The notes below the pieces were generated by a model. The model saw only the letters and a program-made list of their open reading frames with translations, did not search any database and had not been told where the DNA came from. Made by a program: the position numbers and the translations under genes. Shown here piece by piece: positions 9,361 to 18,721 of a stretch of 38,194 nt of DNA (the first letter of the stretch is position 1; each line of letters begins with the position of its first letter). Source of the stretch: an uncultured Lachnospiraceae bacterium (GTDB taxonomy: Bacteria; Bacillota; Clostridia; Lachnospirales; Lachnospiraceae); the NCBI GenBank assembly GCA_963559965.1, contig CAUWNO010000001.1:1-38194 (forward strand). Direction: 5' to 3'.

Positions 9361-9816
9361 TCAGCGAAAGCGATTGGTCTCAAAATGTTCCATCGTCTTC
9401 AGGCAATTCAGAATCTGCCTGTACTTTTCTTTTTCCGTCCCCTTCTGGAGCACAATGTCCAGAGAAGCGGCGATACTTTCCAGAAGCTGATCGTCAGCAC
9501 AGCCATCCCATGCTAAAAACAATTCCAGCTTGTCCGCAAGCGTCTCCGCGTCAAGGAAGCGAAGGAGCATCGGATTCATCTGCGTCGGCTCCTCCACCTT
9601 CTCGAAACGATATTTCTGTTCTGCGTCCGGATACTTTTCCCGATCTGTCTCGCTTATAAATTCCTCATAGTCCCGTACCCAGATCTCCTCGTCTCCGTAA
9701 AGCGCCTGATAAACGACCACCTTCTTTTCTGTTTCGGCGTCCTTTGCCAGCGCCGTAATCTGGTACAGTCCTCCCTTAAAATGACGGTAATATTCGCCTG
9801 GTCTTACCTCTCTCAT
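9361..9816 (-). CDS. DUF1653 domain protein
   Basis: YYRHFKGGLY, VVYQALYG, WVRDYEEF, YRFE. Confidence 0.8.
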   Translation of the reverse strand: MREVRPGEYYRHFKGGLYQITALAKDAETEKKVVVYQALYGDEEIWVRDYEEFISETDREKYPDAEQKYRFEKVEEPTQMNPMLLRFLDAETLADKLELFLAWDGCADDQLLESIAASLDIVLQKGTEKEKYRQILNCLKTMEHFETNRFR

Positions 9817-9836
9817 GCAAAATCCCCCTTTTTACA

Positions 9837-10985
9837 TCAGCCTTTTTGAGCCGTTTCCTTTTCCTTCAGCCGATAGTGCATCCACTCCCGCAGCAGCGTA
9901 TAAAGTACCGACACCGCCGGAATAAACACAAGCATTCCTATGATTCCCATAAGACTTCCTCCGACCGTCACGGCAACAAGAACCCAGATAGACGGAAGAC
10001 CGACAGAATTGCCTACCACATGCGGATAGATGAGATTGCCTTCTATCTGCTGCAAAAGCAGGAACAGCGCCACAAAGGCTAAAGCCTGCACCGGACTGAC
10101 AACAAGAATCAGAAACGCCCCGACCGCACAGCCGATAAACGCTCCGAATATGGGAATCAGTGCCGTAAAAGCTACCAGAACGCCCACCAGCAGCGCATAT
10201 GGGAATCTTAAAATACTCATCGCTATAAAAAACATCGTTCCCAGAATCACTGCCTCCAGACACTGTCCGGAAATAAAACTGGAAAACGTTCTGTGACTCA
10301 GCGAACAGATATGGAAAATCCATGCCGCCTGACGTCTGGAAAATACAGCCGTCATCAGCCGCTTTGCCTGCTCCGCAAGCTTTTCCTTCTGAAGAAGAAT
10401 GTAGCATGCAAAGACAAAGGCAATAAAAAAGGTAGATACCGCGCTCACAATGCCCTTCGCTACAGAAACCGTCGACGACAGCACGTTTCCCGCTCCCATC
10501 TGAAGCAGGCTGAGCGCCTTCTGAATCATAGAATCCCAGTTGATCTCCAGATTGTCAAGCCACTCTGTCACTTGCGCATTGTCACGGAAGATATCCTCCA
10601 GCCAGATCTGCGCTTCCGGAAGAGCCTTTTCCAGCTGCTTTCCAAGACTCATCAGCGTCGCGCTCAGCTCCGGCACAACGACGAAAATCACGATGCTGAT
10701 TACGGCAACGACAAGAATGATGGAAAGGACAAGGCTTAAGGGCCGCGCCAGCTTTTTCTTCCATTTCTTATCCTTCTCCTCGCCGAAAAGGCGGTTTTCC
10801 AGAAAATGCATAGGCACATTCAGTAAAAAAGCAATCGCTCCTCCCAGAACAAAGGGGAAAAAGATTCCCCAGACGCCGCCAAGCGTTGCCAGAACCACGT
10901 CGAACCTCTGCACTCCCACAAGCAGGAGAACCGTAAAGGTAATCAGCAGCATTAATTTTTTCATATTTTCACGATCCAGATTCAC
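9837..10985 (-). CDS. AI-2E (UPF0118) family transporter
   Basis: PFVLGGAIAFLLNVP, LIPIFGAFIG, LQQIEGNLIYP.VVG.SVGLP; GTG start. Confidence 0.9.
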   Translation of the reverse strand: MNLDRENMKKLMLLITFTVLLLVGVQRFDVVLATLGGVWGIFFPFVLGGAIAFLLNVPMHFLENRLFGEEKDKKWKKKLARPLSLVLSIILVVAVISIVIFVVVPELSATLMSLGKQLEKALPEAQIWLEDIFRDNAQVTEWLDNLEINWDSMIQKALSLLQMGAGNVLSSTVSVAKGIVSAVSTFFIAFVFACYILLQKEKLAEQAKRLMTAVFSRRQAAWIFHICSLSHRTFSSFISGQCLEAVILGTMFFIAMSILRFPYALLVGVLVAFTALIPIFGAFIGCAVGAFLILVVSPVQALAFVALFLLLQQIEGNLIYPHVVGNSVGLPSIWVLVAVTVGGSLMGIIGMLVFIPAVSVLYTLLREWMHYRLKEKETAQKG

Positions 10986-11016
10986 CGTCTCACTCCTTTG
11001 TATACGGGGCTAAAAC

Positions 11017-11967
11017 TTAGAAATAAACAAGCTCCTCTTCCGGCTTTTCAGCCGATTTCAGCGCCTTCGTGTAAAGAACCGGTCCCTCTTCGCCGGAATA
11101 TTCCTGACGCTCTTCCACGCGGACCTTTGCCGTCACAGTCAGCCACTGACCATTTTTCAGTTTATCCACATTCTGGCTCCTGCACAGAAAACCTAAGAAT
11201 ACCGTATCGTCCGCACAGCAGGTCATAGCCTGACGGCCCGGCACAAAATATCCCGGAGTCATCCGCCGGGGCTTCATCACCCGCGCCTTGAAGCGAATCG
11301 TCTTTCCCTCATAATGTTCGGGATGATCCATCGCATCTACATACCAGATTCCGTAATCGATATCTGCAATATCTATAATCTCTGCATTCAGGTCGAAGGG
11401 AAGCTCCTCCTCGTACTCAAAAAGCTCTCCGCCCTCTTTCTCAAACTCCACCTGAGCCCTCGGATTTACCGCACGGATATTTCTCTTGTACGATCCCGCC
11501 TTTGTTCCTTCTACACAGCGGTTGAAAATCACCAGATCCGAATCCTGCGCCATATCCATAAAGAGAGATTTCATGTTCTGCATATAGAGATCGAAGGTTC
11601 CTGCATCAACAAGCGTAATACCCTGTGCCGGAAACCAGCCTCTCGGAAGCTGCATTTCGCGGAAGAGCTGCATTCCCCACATTCCATTATACTCTATCAT
11701 GACCTGTGTCGGCTTATATTTTTTTCTGCATTCCTCCAGAAATTCAGGCGTAAAGTCCTCTTTTTCTTCTACATTTACCAGAACAGTATCATAAGATTCC
11801 AGAATATGGAGATCGTACTCCTCCTCACCCTCCTCGCAGGCGATAAGAAGCGTCTTTCCTCCGTCTGAAAAATAGGGATCTGACAGGGTTTCCTGAATAA
11901 ACGATGTCTTTCCGCTCTCCAGAAAACCGTTTACCATGTAAACAGGTACTTTATTCATTATGCTCAT
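11017..11967 (-). CDS. Degenerate CobW/COG0523-like GTPase domain fused to a TIGR03943/DUF1980-like C-terminal domain
   Basis: GFLESGKT P-loop, CEEGEEE and EYNG replace NEFGE and EPSG, no CxCC; C-terminal MTCCADD and OB-like WLTVTAKV. Confidence 0.65.
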   Translation of the reverse strand: MSIMNKVPVYMVNGFLESGKTSFIQETLSDPYFSDGGKTLLIACEEGEEEYDLHILESYDTVLVNVEEKEDFTPEFLEECRKKYKPTQVMIEYNGMWGMQLFREMQLPRGWFPAQGITLVDAGTFDLYMQNMKSLFMDMAQDSDLVIFNRCVEGTKAGSYKRNIRAVNPRAQVEFEKEGGELFEYEEELPFDLNAEIIDIADIDYGIWYVDAMDHPEHYEGKTIRFKARVMKPRRMTPGYFVPGRQAMTCCADDTVFLGFLCRSQNVDKLKNGQWLTVTAKVRVEERQEYSGEEGPVLYTKALKSAEKPEEELVYF

Positions 11968-11978
11968 AGCTGCATCCC

Positions 11979-13046
11979 CTATAAATGGAAAAGCTCTTTG
12001 AGAGCCTCCTCGTTAAGCCCGGAGCCAATCACGCAGAGACGTCCCGTATAATCGGCGCTTCCCTGACGAACTTCATGCTCTTCCGGAACAAAATCAAACT
12101 GCATCCAGCTTCCGTCTGTGTTCTGAAGAATTCCCTTCGCCCGCAGAATAACGCCATACTTCTCCGAGCTTCCCAGCTCTTCCAGAATCACATCCAGTTC
12201 CTCTGCACTGTAGCGCCGCGGCGTCTCTGCGCCCCAGCTTGTGAACACCTCGTCTGCATGGTGATGGTGATGATGATCGTGGTCATGATGGTCATGATCA
12301 TGACAACCGCAGGTGCAGTCTTCTCCGTGCTCATGATGATGCTCATGGTCGTGATCGTGCTCATGGTCATGGCAACCGCAGGTGCAGTCTTCTCCATGCT
12401 CATGGTCGTGTTCATGGTCATGGTGATGGTCATGGTCTTCCATGGAAAGCTCTGCATGACGCATAGCCTCCAGAATCTTCTCCCCGTCCAGTTCATCCCA
12501 TGGCGTCGTGATCATCGTTGCCTGTGCGTTGCGGCTGCGCAGCAGTTCTACCGCCTCCGCAAGCTTTTCTTCCGTCATGCTCTGGGTCCGGCTCAGCACA
12601 ATCGTTCCCGCATGTTCTACCTGATTGTTGAAAAACTCTCCGAAGTTTTTCATATACATCCGGCATTTCTTTCCGTCTACAACTACGATGGAGCTGTCGA
12701 TATGAACGTCCATAGAGCCTGCCACATTTTCCACTGCCTTTACGACGTCGGAAAGCTTTCCTACTCCCGACGGCTCGATGAGAATTCTGTCAGGCGCATA
12801 GGTATCAAGCACTTCCTTAAGAGCCGTTCCGAAATCTCCCACCAGAGAACAGCAGATACAGCCGGAATTCATCTCATTTACCTGAATTCCCGCTTCCTTC
12901 AGGAAGCCGCCGTCGATACCAATCTCTCCAAATTCATTTTCAATCAGAACAATCTTCTCTCCCTGAAATACTTCTTCCAGGAGCTTTTTTATTAAAGTTG
13001 TCTTTCCGGCTCCAAGGAAACCGGAAATAATCGTAATCTCTGTCAT
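11979..13046 (-). CDS. CobW/COG0523 G3E metallochaperone GTPase with His/Cys-rich insert
   Basis: GFLGAGKTT, NEFGE, GCICCS, EPSGV, LRAKG; long His-rich linker. Confidence 0.9.
   Translation of the reverse strand: MTEITIISGFLGAGKTTLIKKLLEEVFQGEKIVLIENEFGEIGIDGGFLKEAGIQVNEMNSGCICCSLVGDFGTALKEVLDTYAPDRILIEPSGVGKLSDVVKAVENVAGSMDVHIDSSIVVVDGKKCRMYMKNFGEFFNNQVEHAGTIVLSRTQSMTEEKLAEAVELLRSRNAQATMITTPWDELDGEKILEAMRHAELSMEDHDHHHDHEHDHEHGEDCTCGCHDHEHDHDHEHHHEHGEDCTCGCHDHDHHDHDHHHHHHADEVFTSWGAETPRRYSAEELDVILEELGSSEKYGVILRAKGILQNTDGSWMQFDFVPEEHEVRQGSADYTGRLCVIGSGLNEEALKELFHL
12304..12395. repeat. In-frame 69-bp-period duplication in the His-rich region
   Basis: CAACCGCAGGTGCAGTCTTCTCC at 12304-12326 and 12373-12395, encoding GEDCTCGC twice. 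Confidence 0.85.
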
Positions 13047-13086
13047 AATTCTTCTCCTTTTTTGTCAGTCATCTCATTTTTTCGGG

Positions 13087-13133
13087 AATAAGACAGGAGC
13101 GCCGTCTGCAGTATCCCTGCATCCGGGCGCCCC
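13087..13133 (-). terminator. Possible intrinsic terminator after rplT
   Basis: Minus strand GGGGCGCC...TGCAG-GGATA-CTGCA...GGCGCTCC followed by an imperfect TGTCTTATT tract. Confidence 0.5.
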
Positions 13134-13147
13134 GAATTCATCTCTTC

Positions 13148-13504
13148 TTATGCAATCTTGCTCTTTGCAACCTCAGCCAGAGTTGCGAATCCTGCCGGAT
13201 CGTTTACTGCCATATCAGCCAGTACCTTACGGTTCAGCTGAACCTCAGCCAGCTTCAGACCATACATAAATCTGCTGTAGGACAGTCCGTTCATGCGTGC
13301 TGCAGCGTTGATACGTGCAATCCACAGCTGACGGAACTGACGCTTTCTCTCTTTTCTTCCTGCGTAAGAGCTTGTCAGCGCTCTCATCACAGACTGCTTT
13401 GCCACACGATACTGCTTACTTCTTGCTCCTCTATAGCCCTTAGCGAGCTTCAATACTCTGTTATGTCTCTTCTTAGCGCCTAAGCCGCCTTTAATTCTTG
13501 CCAT
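13148..13504 (-). CDS. rplT: 50S ribosomal protein L20
   Basis: MARIKGG..., [20 protein letters not shown]. Confidence 0.98.
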   Translation of the reverse strand: MARIKGGLGAKKRHNRVLKLAKGYRGARSKQYRVAKQSVMRALTSSYAGRKERKRQFRQLWIARINAAARMNGLSYSRFMYGLKLAEVQLNRKVLADMAVNDPAGFATLAEVAKSKIA

Positions 13505-13560
13505 TTCTTCTTTCCTCCTTGAAATTCCTCGATTCTGCGATAATCTGTATCAGCTTCTGC

Positions 13561-13758
13561 TTACAGATACGGAAGAATCTTCTTCATGCTCTTTACGTTA
13601 GTAGCATCCGTAATTGTAGCTTTTCTGAGATTTCTCTTTCTCTTCTGAGATTTCTTGGTTAAGATATGGCTCTTATAAGCTTTCATTCTCTTGAGTTTGC
13701 CTGTACCTGTCACTTTGAAACGCTTTGCAGCAGCTCTGCTTGTCTTAATTTTTGGCAT
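13561..13758 (-). CDS. rpmI: 50S ribosomal protein L35
   Basis: [21 protein letters not shown]; ATG 13758 behind GGAGG. Confidence 0.97.
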   Translation of the reverse strand: MPKIKTSRAAAKRFKVTGTGKLKRMKAYKSHILTKKSQKRKRNLRKATITDATNVKSMKKILPYL

Positions 13759-13837
13759 TTTATATATTCCTCCTATCCTAGTCTGCTTGTCAATTTTTAT
13801 AAAATCATTCCCGCCCAAGGCGGTCGATTCTCAAATC

Positions 13838-14347
13838 CTACTGACGCTTCTCTGTCAGAAACATCATCATCTGACGTCCTTCCATCTTCGGAGCCTTTTC
13901 CACTACCGCAATATCGGACATCTTTTCTGCGAACACATCCAGAATCTGCTTTGTCTTCTGTACGTGCGCCATCTCTCTTCCGCGAAAACGCAGAGTGACC
14001 TTCACTTTATCGCCCTTCTGAATGAACTTCCTGGCCGCTCCCACTTTCGTGTTCAGGTCATTCTCCTCAATATTCGGTGATAAACGAACTTCCTTAATCT
14101 CAATAGTTTTCTGCTTCTTCCTGGCTTCCTTCTCTTTTCTTGCCTGCTCATACTTAAACTTGCCGTAGTCGATAATCTTACATACCGGCGGTTTCGCTGT
14201 CGGCGCAATCTTTACCAGGTCCAATTCTGCTTCCCGGGCCATCCGCATAGCTTCCTTCACAGGCATAATGCCGAGCTGCTCGCCGTCGGCTCCAATCAGG
14301 CGGACTTCCTTATCCCGGATCTGTTCGTTAATCATTAAATCGCTAAT
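13838..14347 (-). CDS. infC: Translation initiation factor IF-3 (probable ATT start)
   Basis: INEQIR..EVRLI, PPVCKIIDYGK, KEVRLSP, FRGRE; in-frame ATT at 14347 lies 8 nt after GGAGG (14360-14356). Confidence 0.95.
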   Translation of the reverse strand: MSDLMINEQIRDKEVRLIGADGEQLGIMPVKEAMRMAREAELDLVKIAPTAKPPVCKIIDYGKFKYEQARKEKEARKKQKTIEIKEVRLSPNIEENDLNTKVGAARKFIQKGDKVKVTLRFRGREMAHVQKTKQILDVFAEKMSDIAVVEKAPKMEGRQMMMFLTEKRQ

Positions 14348-14372
14348 TGTAGTACCCTCCTTATTAAGAAAG

Positions 14373-14500
14373 AAAAAAAGTGGATAGTCAGACTATCCAC
14401 CTAAATATCAAAACACGGACGTATCTACGTCACATTCCGATAAATATTAACCTGAGTCGCCTGCTGCGCTGAGGTGAGAGTGGATACTCTGCTTTCTGTC
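14373..14500 (-). ncRNA. L20 ribosomal leader / attenuator upstream of infC
   Basis: AAGCAGAGTATCCACTCTCACCT...AGGTT 5' part; terminator GTGGATAGTC-T-GACTATCCAC-TTTTTTT (14400-14373); the 5' TATCCAC can pair with the terminator arm. Confidence 0.85.
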
Positions 14501-14508
14501 ACCTAAAC

Positions 14509-14537
14509 AGATTATCACACCAATCCTTCTTTGTCAA
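14509..14537 (-). promoter_or_regulatory. SigA promoter of infC-rpmI-rplT
   Basis: TTGACA (14537-14532), 17 bp, TG-n-TAATCT (14514-14509). Confidence 0.7.
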
Positions 14538-14546
14538 CTGTTTTTT

Positions 14547-15464
14547 TCATTCTTCATCTCCCCACTGATACGGCGTGAGCTGATATACATAATAATTAAT
14601 CCAGTTGGTATAAAGCGTATTGGCGTGGGCTCTCCACATCAGAAGAGGTCTGTTTTCGCTGTCGTCTTCCGGAAAATAATCCTTCGGGACCTGGATCTCA
14701 AGTCCTTTGTTCTTATCGCGCAGATACTCCTTTTCCAGCGTCAGGCGGTCGTACTCCGGATGGCCGAAGACAAAAATCTTCCTTCCCTCCTCTGCCATCA
14801 CAATGAAGGCTCCCGCTTCTTCCGACTCTGCAAGGATGGTCAGCTCCTCCCTGGCGCGTATCTCTTCAATATCCACGGTCGTATGACGGGAATGGGGAGC
14901 ATAAAACTCATCGTCAAATCCCCGAATCAGAGGCTCCCTTCTTTTGCGCACCCTGTGGCGGTAAAGACCGAAAAGCTTCTGCGGAAGAAGACGCTTTTTC
15001 AGTCCGTAGAAATGATACATAGCTGCCTGCGCGCCCCAGCAGATGAAAAAGGTGGAGGTGACGTGCGTGTCGGACCAGTCCATAATCTCTTCCAGTTCTT
15101 CCCAGTAGTCTACCTCTTCAAATTCCATCTGCTCCACGGGCGCTCCCGTGATGATAAGTCCGTCAAAACGACGTTTTTTCACATTACAGAACGGCTCATA
15201 AAATTTGTTGATATGACTCTGCGCTGTGTTTTTTGACTCATGTGAACTGACTGTAATAAAAGTAATATCAAGCTGAAGCGGCGTGTTGGAAAGAGAACGC
15301 AGAAGCTGAAGCTCCGTGTCCTCCTTAAGCGGCATCAGGTTGAGAATTCCTATCTGAAGCGGACGGATATCCTGATTGAGCGCTCTCGTCTCATCCATCA
15401 CAAAAATATTTTCTGCCTCCAGAATTGCTCTGACAGGCAAATCACTCTGTACCTTAATCGGCAT
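14547..15464 (-). CDS. metA: Homoserine O-acyltransferase, probably O-acetyltransferase
   Basis: ILNLMP, ITGAPVE (Glu at the specificity position indicates acetyl-CoA), ICWGAQA, GHPEY. Confidence 0.93.
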   Translation of the reverse strand: MPIKVQSDLPVRAILEAENIFVMDETRALNQDIRPLQIGILNLMPLKEDTELQLLRSLSNTPLQLDITFITVSSHESKNTAQSHINKFYEPFCNVKKRRFDGLIITGAPVEQMEFEEVDYWEELEEIMDWSDTHVTSTFFICWGAQAAMYHFYGLKKRLLPQKLFGLYRHRVRKRREPLIRGFDDEFYAPHSRHTTVDIEEIRAREELTILAESEEAGAFIVMAEEGRKIFVFGHPEYDRLTLEKEYLRDKNKGLEIQVPKDYFPEDDSENRPLLMWRAHANTLYTNWINYYVYQLTPYQWGDEE

Positions 15465-15478
15465 TTTTCATCTCTCCT

Positions 15479-16006
15479 TTAAAGCTCAATTCCTCTGCGC
15501 GCAGCAATTCCCTCGTCAAAAGGATGTTTGATTTTGCGTATCTCCGAGACATAGTCTGCAAGCTCCAGAAGCTCCGGGGCCGGGTCGCGCCCTGTCAGCG
15601 CTACCTCAAGACCTTCCGGTCTGTTTTTCAGGAACGCAAGAGCCTGCTCCCGATCTATCATTTCATGACGGTAAGCCGCCATAAATTCGTCCATAACGAG
15701 AAGAAAGGCTCCTTCCTTCTCCGCCGTCTTTACAGCCTCTTCAAAAAGCTGCTGATAGGCTGCTGCCGCCTCCTTCTTCTGATCTTCTGTCATATTCCAG
15801 AAAAATCCGAACTGCTTCTGACAGGTAAGAACCGTGACATTTGGAAGCGTGCGAAGAATTTTCAGCTCAGAGGAGCTTCCATCCTTCAGAAACTGTGTAA
15901 CAACCACCTTTTTTCCGCTTCCTGCCGCCCGGAGCGCAAGCCCCATGGCAGCCGTGGATTTCCCTTTTCCATCTCCGCAGTAAATGTGAATACATGATTT
16001 TTTCAT
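15479..16006 (-). CDS. cobO: Cob(I)yrinic acid a,c-diamide adenosyltransferase (CobO/BtuR type)
   Basis: YCGDGKGKSTAAMG, QFLK, MDE, LTGR, KHPF..G..ARRGIE. Confidence 0.92.
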   Translation of the reverse strand: MKKSCIHIYCGDGKGKSTAAMGLALRAAGSGKKVVVTQFLKDGSSSELKILRTLPNVTVLTCQKQFGFFWNMTEDQKKEAAAAYQQLFEEAVKTAEKEGAFLLVMDEFMAAYRHEMIDREQALAFLKNRPEGLEVALTGRDPAPELLELADYVSEIRKIKHPFDEGIAARRGIEL

Positions 16007-16021
16007 CTCTTCTGTCTCCTC

Positions 16022-16996
16022 TTACCCAAGACTTCCTGCCCAAAATACCGCCTCTGCCAGAACTGCAAAAAACAGCGCGACAAAAAGTCCTGCATACATC
16101 AGACGGTTCATTCTGCGGATATCTTCATATTCCACAGCGCGCCCGGCGTCGCCGATGGTCGGCTTATGAAGCGTCTTCCCAAAATAACTGGCGTCCCCTG
16201 CCAGCTGAATGCCAAGAGCTCCTGCTGCCGCCGCCTCTGTCTGAGCCGAGTTGGGACTGGCGTGCTTTTTCCTGTCGCGGCAGAAGATACGAAACGCTCC
16301 TTTCATATCAAGCCCTGCAAAAGGACTTGCCAGAATCAGAAGCACGCCGCTTATCCTGGAAGGGATAAAATTCAGCACATCATCCAGCTTTGCAGAAAAC
16401 CGTCCAAAATAAAGATATCTTTCATTTTTATATCCTACCATAGAATCGAGCGTATTGACAGCCTTGTAAAAGAATCCCAGAGCCGGACCTCCCAGAGCCA
16501 GGAACAAAAACGGAGCAATTACGCCGTCTGAAAAGTTCTCTGCCACAGTCTCAATAGCAGCCTTCGCGACTCCCTCCTCCGTAAGCTCCTTCGTATCGCG
16601 TCCTACAATCATGGAAACGGCGTACCTCGCCTTATTGAGATCGCCTTCCTTCAGCGCGTCATAAACCTTCATACTCTCTGTTTTTAAGGATTTTGCCGCA
16701 AGAATCTGGAACGACCAGAAAACCTCCAGCGCAAACAGAAGAAACGGCGAGACGCACCCTGCCAGATACAAAAGAAGAGCCGGGGCAGCCGCTGAAACGC
16801 CTGTCACAAAGACAGTCAGGCATACGCCCCCAAAAAGCTCCCCTTTGGGCGTCGCAGGAAAAAGAGAACGGATTCTTTTCTCTGTTCCCGCAATCAGGTT
16901 TCCGATCAGGCAGATCGGATGGTAAAGTATCCGCGGATCGCCAAGCAGCAAATCAAGAATGCAGCCCAGTATCAGCGCCGATATGTGAAATTTCAT
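16022..16996 (-). CDS. cbiB: Adenosylcobinamide-phosphate synthase
   Basis: DLLLGDP..HP, IVGRDT, AENFSDG, NTLDSMVGY, HASPNS. Confidence 0.95.
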   Translation of the reverse strand: MKFHISALILGCILDLLLGDPRILYHPICLIGNLIAGTEKRIRSLFPATPKGELFGGVCLTVFVTGVSAAAPALLLYLAGCVSPFLLFALEVFWSFQILAAKSLKTESMKVYDALKEGDLNKARYAVSMIVGRDTKELTEEGVAKAAIETVAENFSDGVIAPFLFLALGGPALGFFYKAVNTLDSMVGYKNERYLYFGRFSAKLDDVLNFIPSRISGVLLILASPFAGLDMKGAFRIFCRDRKKHASPNSAQTEAAAAGALGIQLAGDASYFGKTLHKPTIGDAGRAVEYEDIRRMNRLMYAGLFVALFFAVLAEAVFWAGSLG

Positions 16997-17564
16997 AAAG
17001 CTTTACTCCTCCCTCGTATTCTCCATCCCACAGAGCTTTCCAGCCCTGTGCATTTTTTACCTGCCATTCATAATAATCCCTGTGCGGAACCGCGCAGGCG
17101 GAAAGAATACTCATAATCGTGCCGCCGTGGACGACAAAGGCTGCGCGGAAGCCTTCTTCCTCCCGTCCCAGCTCTTCAAGAATTCCCTCAAAGGCTTTCA
17201 CACATCGCTTCTCAAACGCTTCCCTGCTCTCTCCTCCCGGAAAGGGCAGCGTTCCGCCGCTGTCTATCCAGGACTGGTAGTCCGGATTTCCTGAAAGCTC
17301 TCTGTAATTCTTATTTTCAAAATCCCCGAAATCACATTCCCGAAGCCCGGAAACGACGCGCTCCGGCACGCCGGGAAAAAGAAGGGCTGCCGTCTCAGCG
17401 CAGCGCAGCAGCGGGCTTCTGTAGATTCTGTCCATTTTCGGATACTGCTGTTTCAGAAGCTCTGCCCGTCCTTCTTCGCAGAGCGGCTCATCCGTCGTTC
17501 CGATATAGCGCCCAAGCGTGTTTCCATACGTCTTTCCATGGCGTATCAGCCAGATTTCACGCAT
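16953..17564 (-). CDS. cobC: Histidine phosphatase, probable alpha-ribazole/adenosylcobalamin-5'-phosphate phosphatase
   Basis: LIRHG, SPLLRC, E.DFGDFE, PGGES, VHGG; cob context. Confidence 0.75.
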   Translation of the reverse strand: MREIWLIRHGKTYGNTLGRYIGTTDEPLCEEGRAELLKQQYPKMDRIYRSPLLRCAETAALLFPGVPERVVSGLRECDFGDFENKNYRELSGNPDYQSWIDSGGTLPFPGGESREAFEKRCVKAFEGILEELGREEEGFRAAFVVHGGTIMSILSACAVPHRDYYEWQVKNAQGWKALWDGEYEGGVKLYEISHIGADTGLHS

Positions 17565-17943
17565 GCTTTATCACCGTCCCTATTCCGCAGACGACGCGGT
17601 GAACCTCTTTCGCCTGCTTTGCCAGATCGCAGGCAAGACGGCCCGCCGCCTCTCTCCACTGACGATCGAAAGCATTCACAGGCACTACGCCACAGCCCAG
17701 CTCATTTGTCAGGATAATAAGCTCCGGATTTTTCTCTGCCAGACGCCCGGCAAGCCCTTCCGTCTCTCTTCCTTCCTCCAGACAGCGGCGCACATATTCG
17801 TGAAAATGCTTCACAGCCCTTACTTTATACAGATCCTCCTCCCGGCAGACCGATCCTTCCGCAATCTCTTCGTCATCCAGACCGAAGACTTCCTTTGCAT
17901 ATGCCGTCTTGCCCTGAAAGGCTCCTCCCGTAATCAAAATCAT
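17557..17943 (-). CDS. Short CobU-like protein
   Basis: 128 aa; LITGGAFQGKT P-loop, NELGCGVVP..R.WRE..GR, RVVCGI; lacks the central His-containing segment. Confidence 0.75.
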   Translation of the reverse strand: MILITGGAFQGKTAYAKEVFGLDDEEIAEGSVCREEDLYKVRAVKHFHEYVRRCLEEGRETEGLAGRLAEKNPELIILTNELGCGVVPVNAFDRQWREAAGRLACDLAKQAKEVHRVVCGIGTVIKHA

Positions 17944-17959
17944 TTCTTTTCCTCCTGCT

Positions 17960-18721
17960 TTACCATCTTGCAGTCAGAAAGACTGCCGCCGCAGACGCCA
18001 GCTCGCAGACCTGCAGGAAAAATCCCGCAAGATCCCCTGTAATTCCGCCAAACTGCTTCATCGACATCCTGTAATATCCGAAAAACGTCAGCCATCCCAC
18101 CGTTACCGCCGCCGTTCCCAGCTTCGGATTCAGCACGCACATATAGCCTGCCGAGAGAAAGAGAAGGACATAAAGACAAAACAGTACGATTTTCTCCTGC
18201 ACCGCGTCTGAAAACATCGCCAGCGTTCCCGTCGACTTCGCACAGGGAAACGCCGCGACGCCAAGACCGCTCAGGGAACGTGAAAATACGAAGACGCCTG
18301 CCAGCAGACGAACCTCTTCCCTTCCCAGCTCGCTCCAGATTCCAAAGGACGCCAGAAAATAGCAGCACGCTGTGATCACGGCAAATGCCCCTGCATTGGA
18401 ATCCTTCAGGATTTCAAGCTTTCTCTCCCGGGATTGATAGGAAGACAGAGCGTCCGCCGTATCGAGAAGACCGTCCAGATGAATCCCTCCCGTTACGAGA
18501 ACAGGAATCAGAACATAGACGGCTGACCGGAGAACGGCTCCTGCCCCCAGTCTCTCTTCCAGAAAGCTCCAGGCAATAAGAAGCGCTCCCTCCACGACCC
18601 CGACAAGCGGAAAAAAGCACATCATGTAGCGCATATTTTCCTTATCCCAGTCGGCTTTCGGCATCGGTATTTTAGAATACATGGCAAATGCAATTTTAAA
18701 GCTGTTCCATAGCTTTTTCAT
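17960..18721 (-). CDS. cobS: Adenosylcobinamide-GDP ribazoletransferase (cobalamin synthase)
   Basis: FPLVG, TGGIHLDGLLDTADA, KDSNAGAF, FGGITGD; ATG 18721 overlaps the cobU stop. Confidence 0.93.
   Translation of the reverse strand: MKKLWNSFKIAFAMYSKIPMPKADWDKENMRYMMCFFPLVGVVEGALLIAWSFLEERLGAGAVLRSAVYVLIPVLVTGGIHLDGLLDTADALSSYQSRERKLEILKDSNAGAFAVITACCYFLASFGIWSELGREEVRLLAGVFVFSRSLSGLGVAAFPCAKSTGTLAMFSDAVQEKIVLFCLYVLLFLSAGYMCVLNPKLGTAAVTVGWLTFFGYYRMSMKQFGGITGDLAGFFLQVCELASAAAVFLTARW

Noticed and set aside
12255-12440. CRISPR-like repeat
   Set aside because: Only two copies, in frame within a His-rich coding region; no cas genes.
13025-13147. Zur box for the COG0523 genes
   Set aside because: Only a half-site-like AATCGTAAT inside the coding start; no palindrome in the intergenic region.
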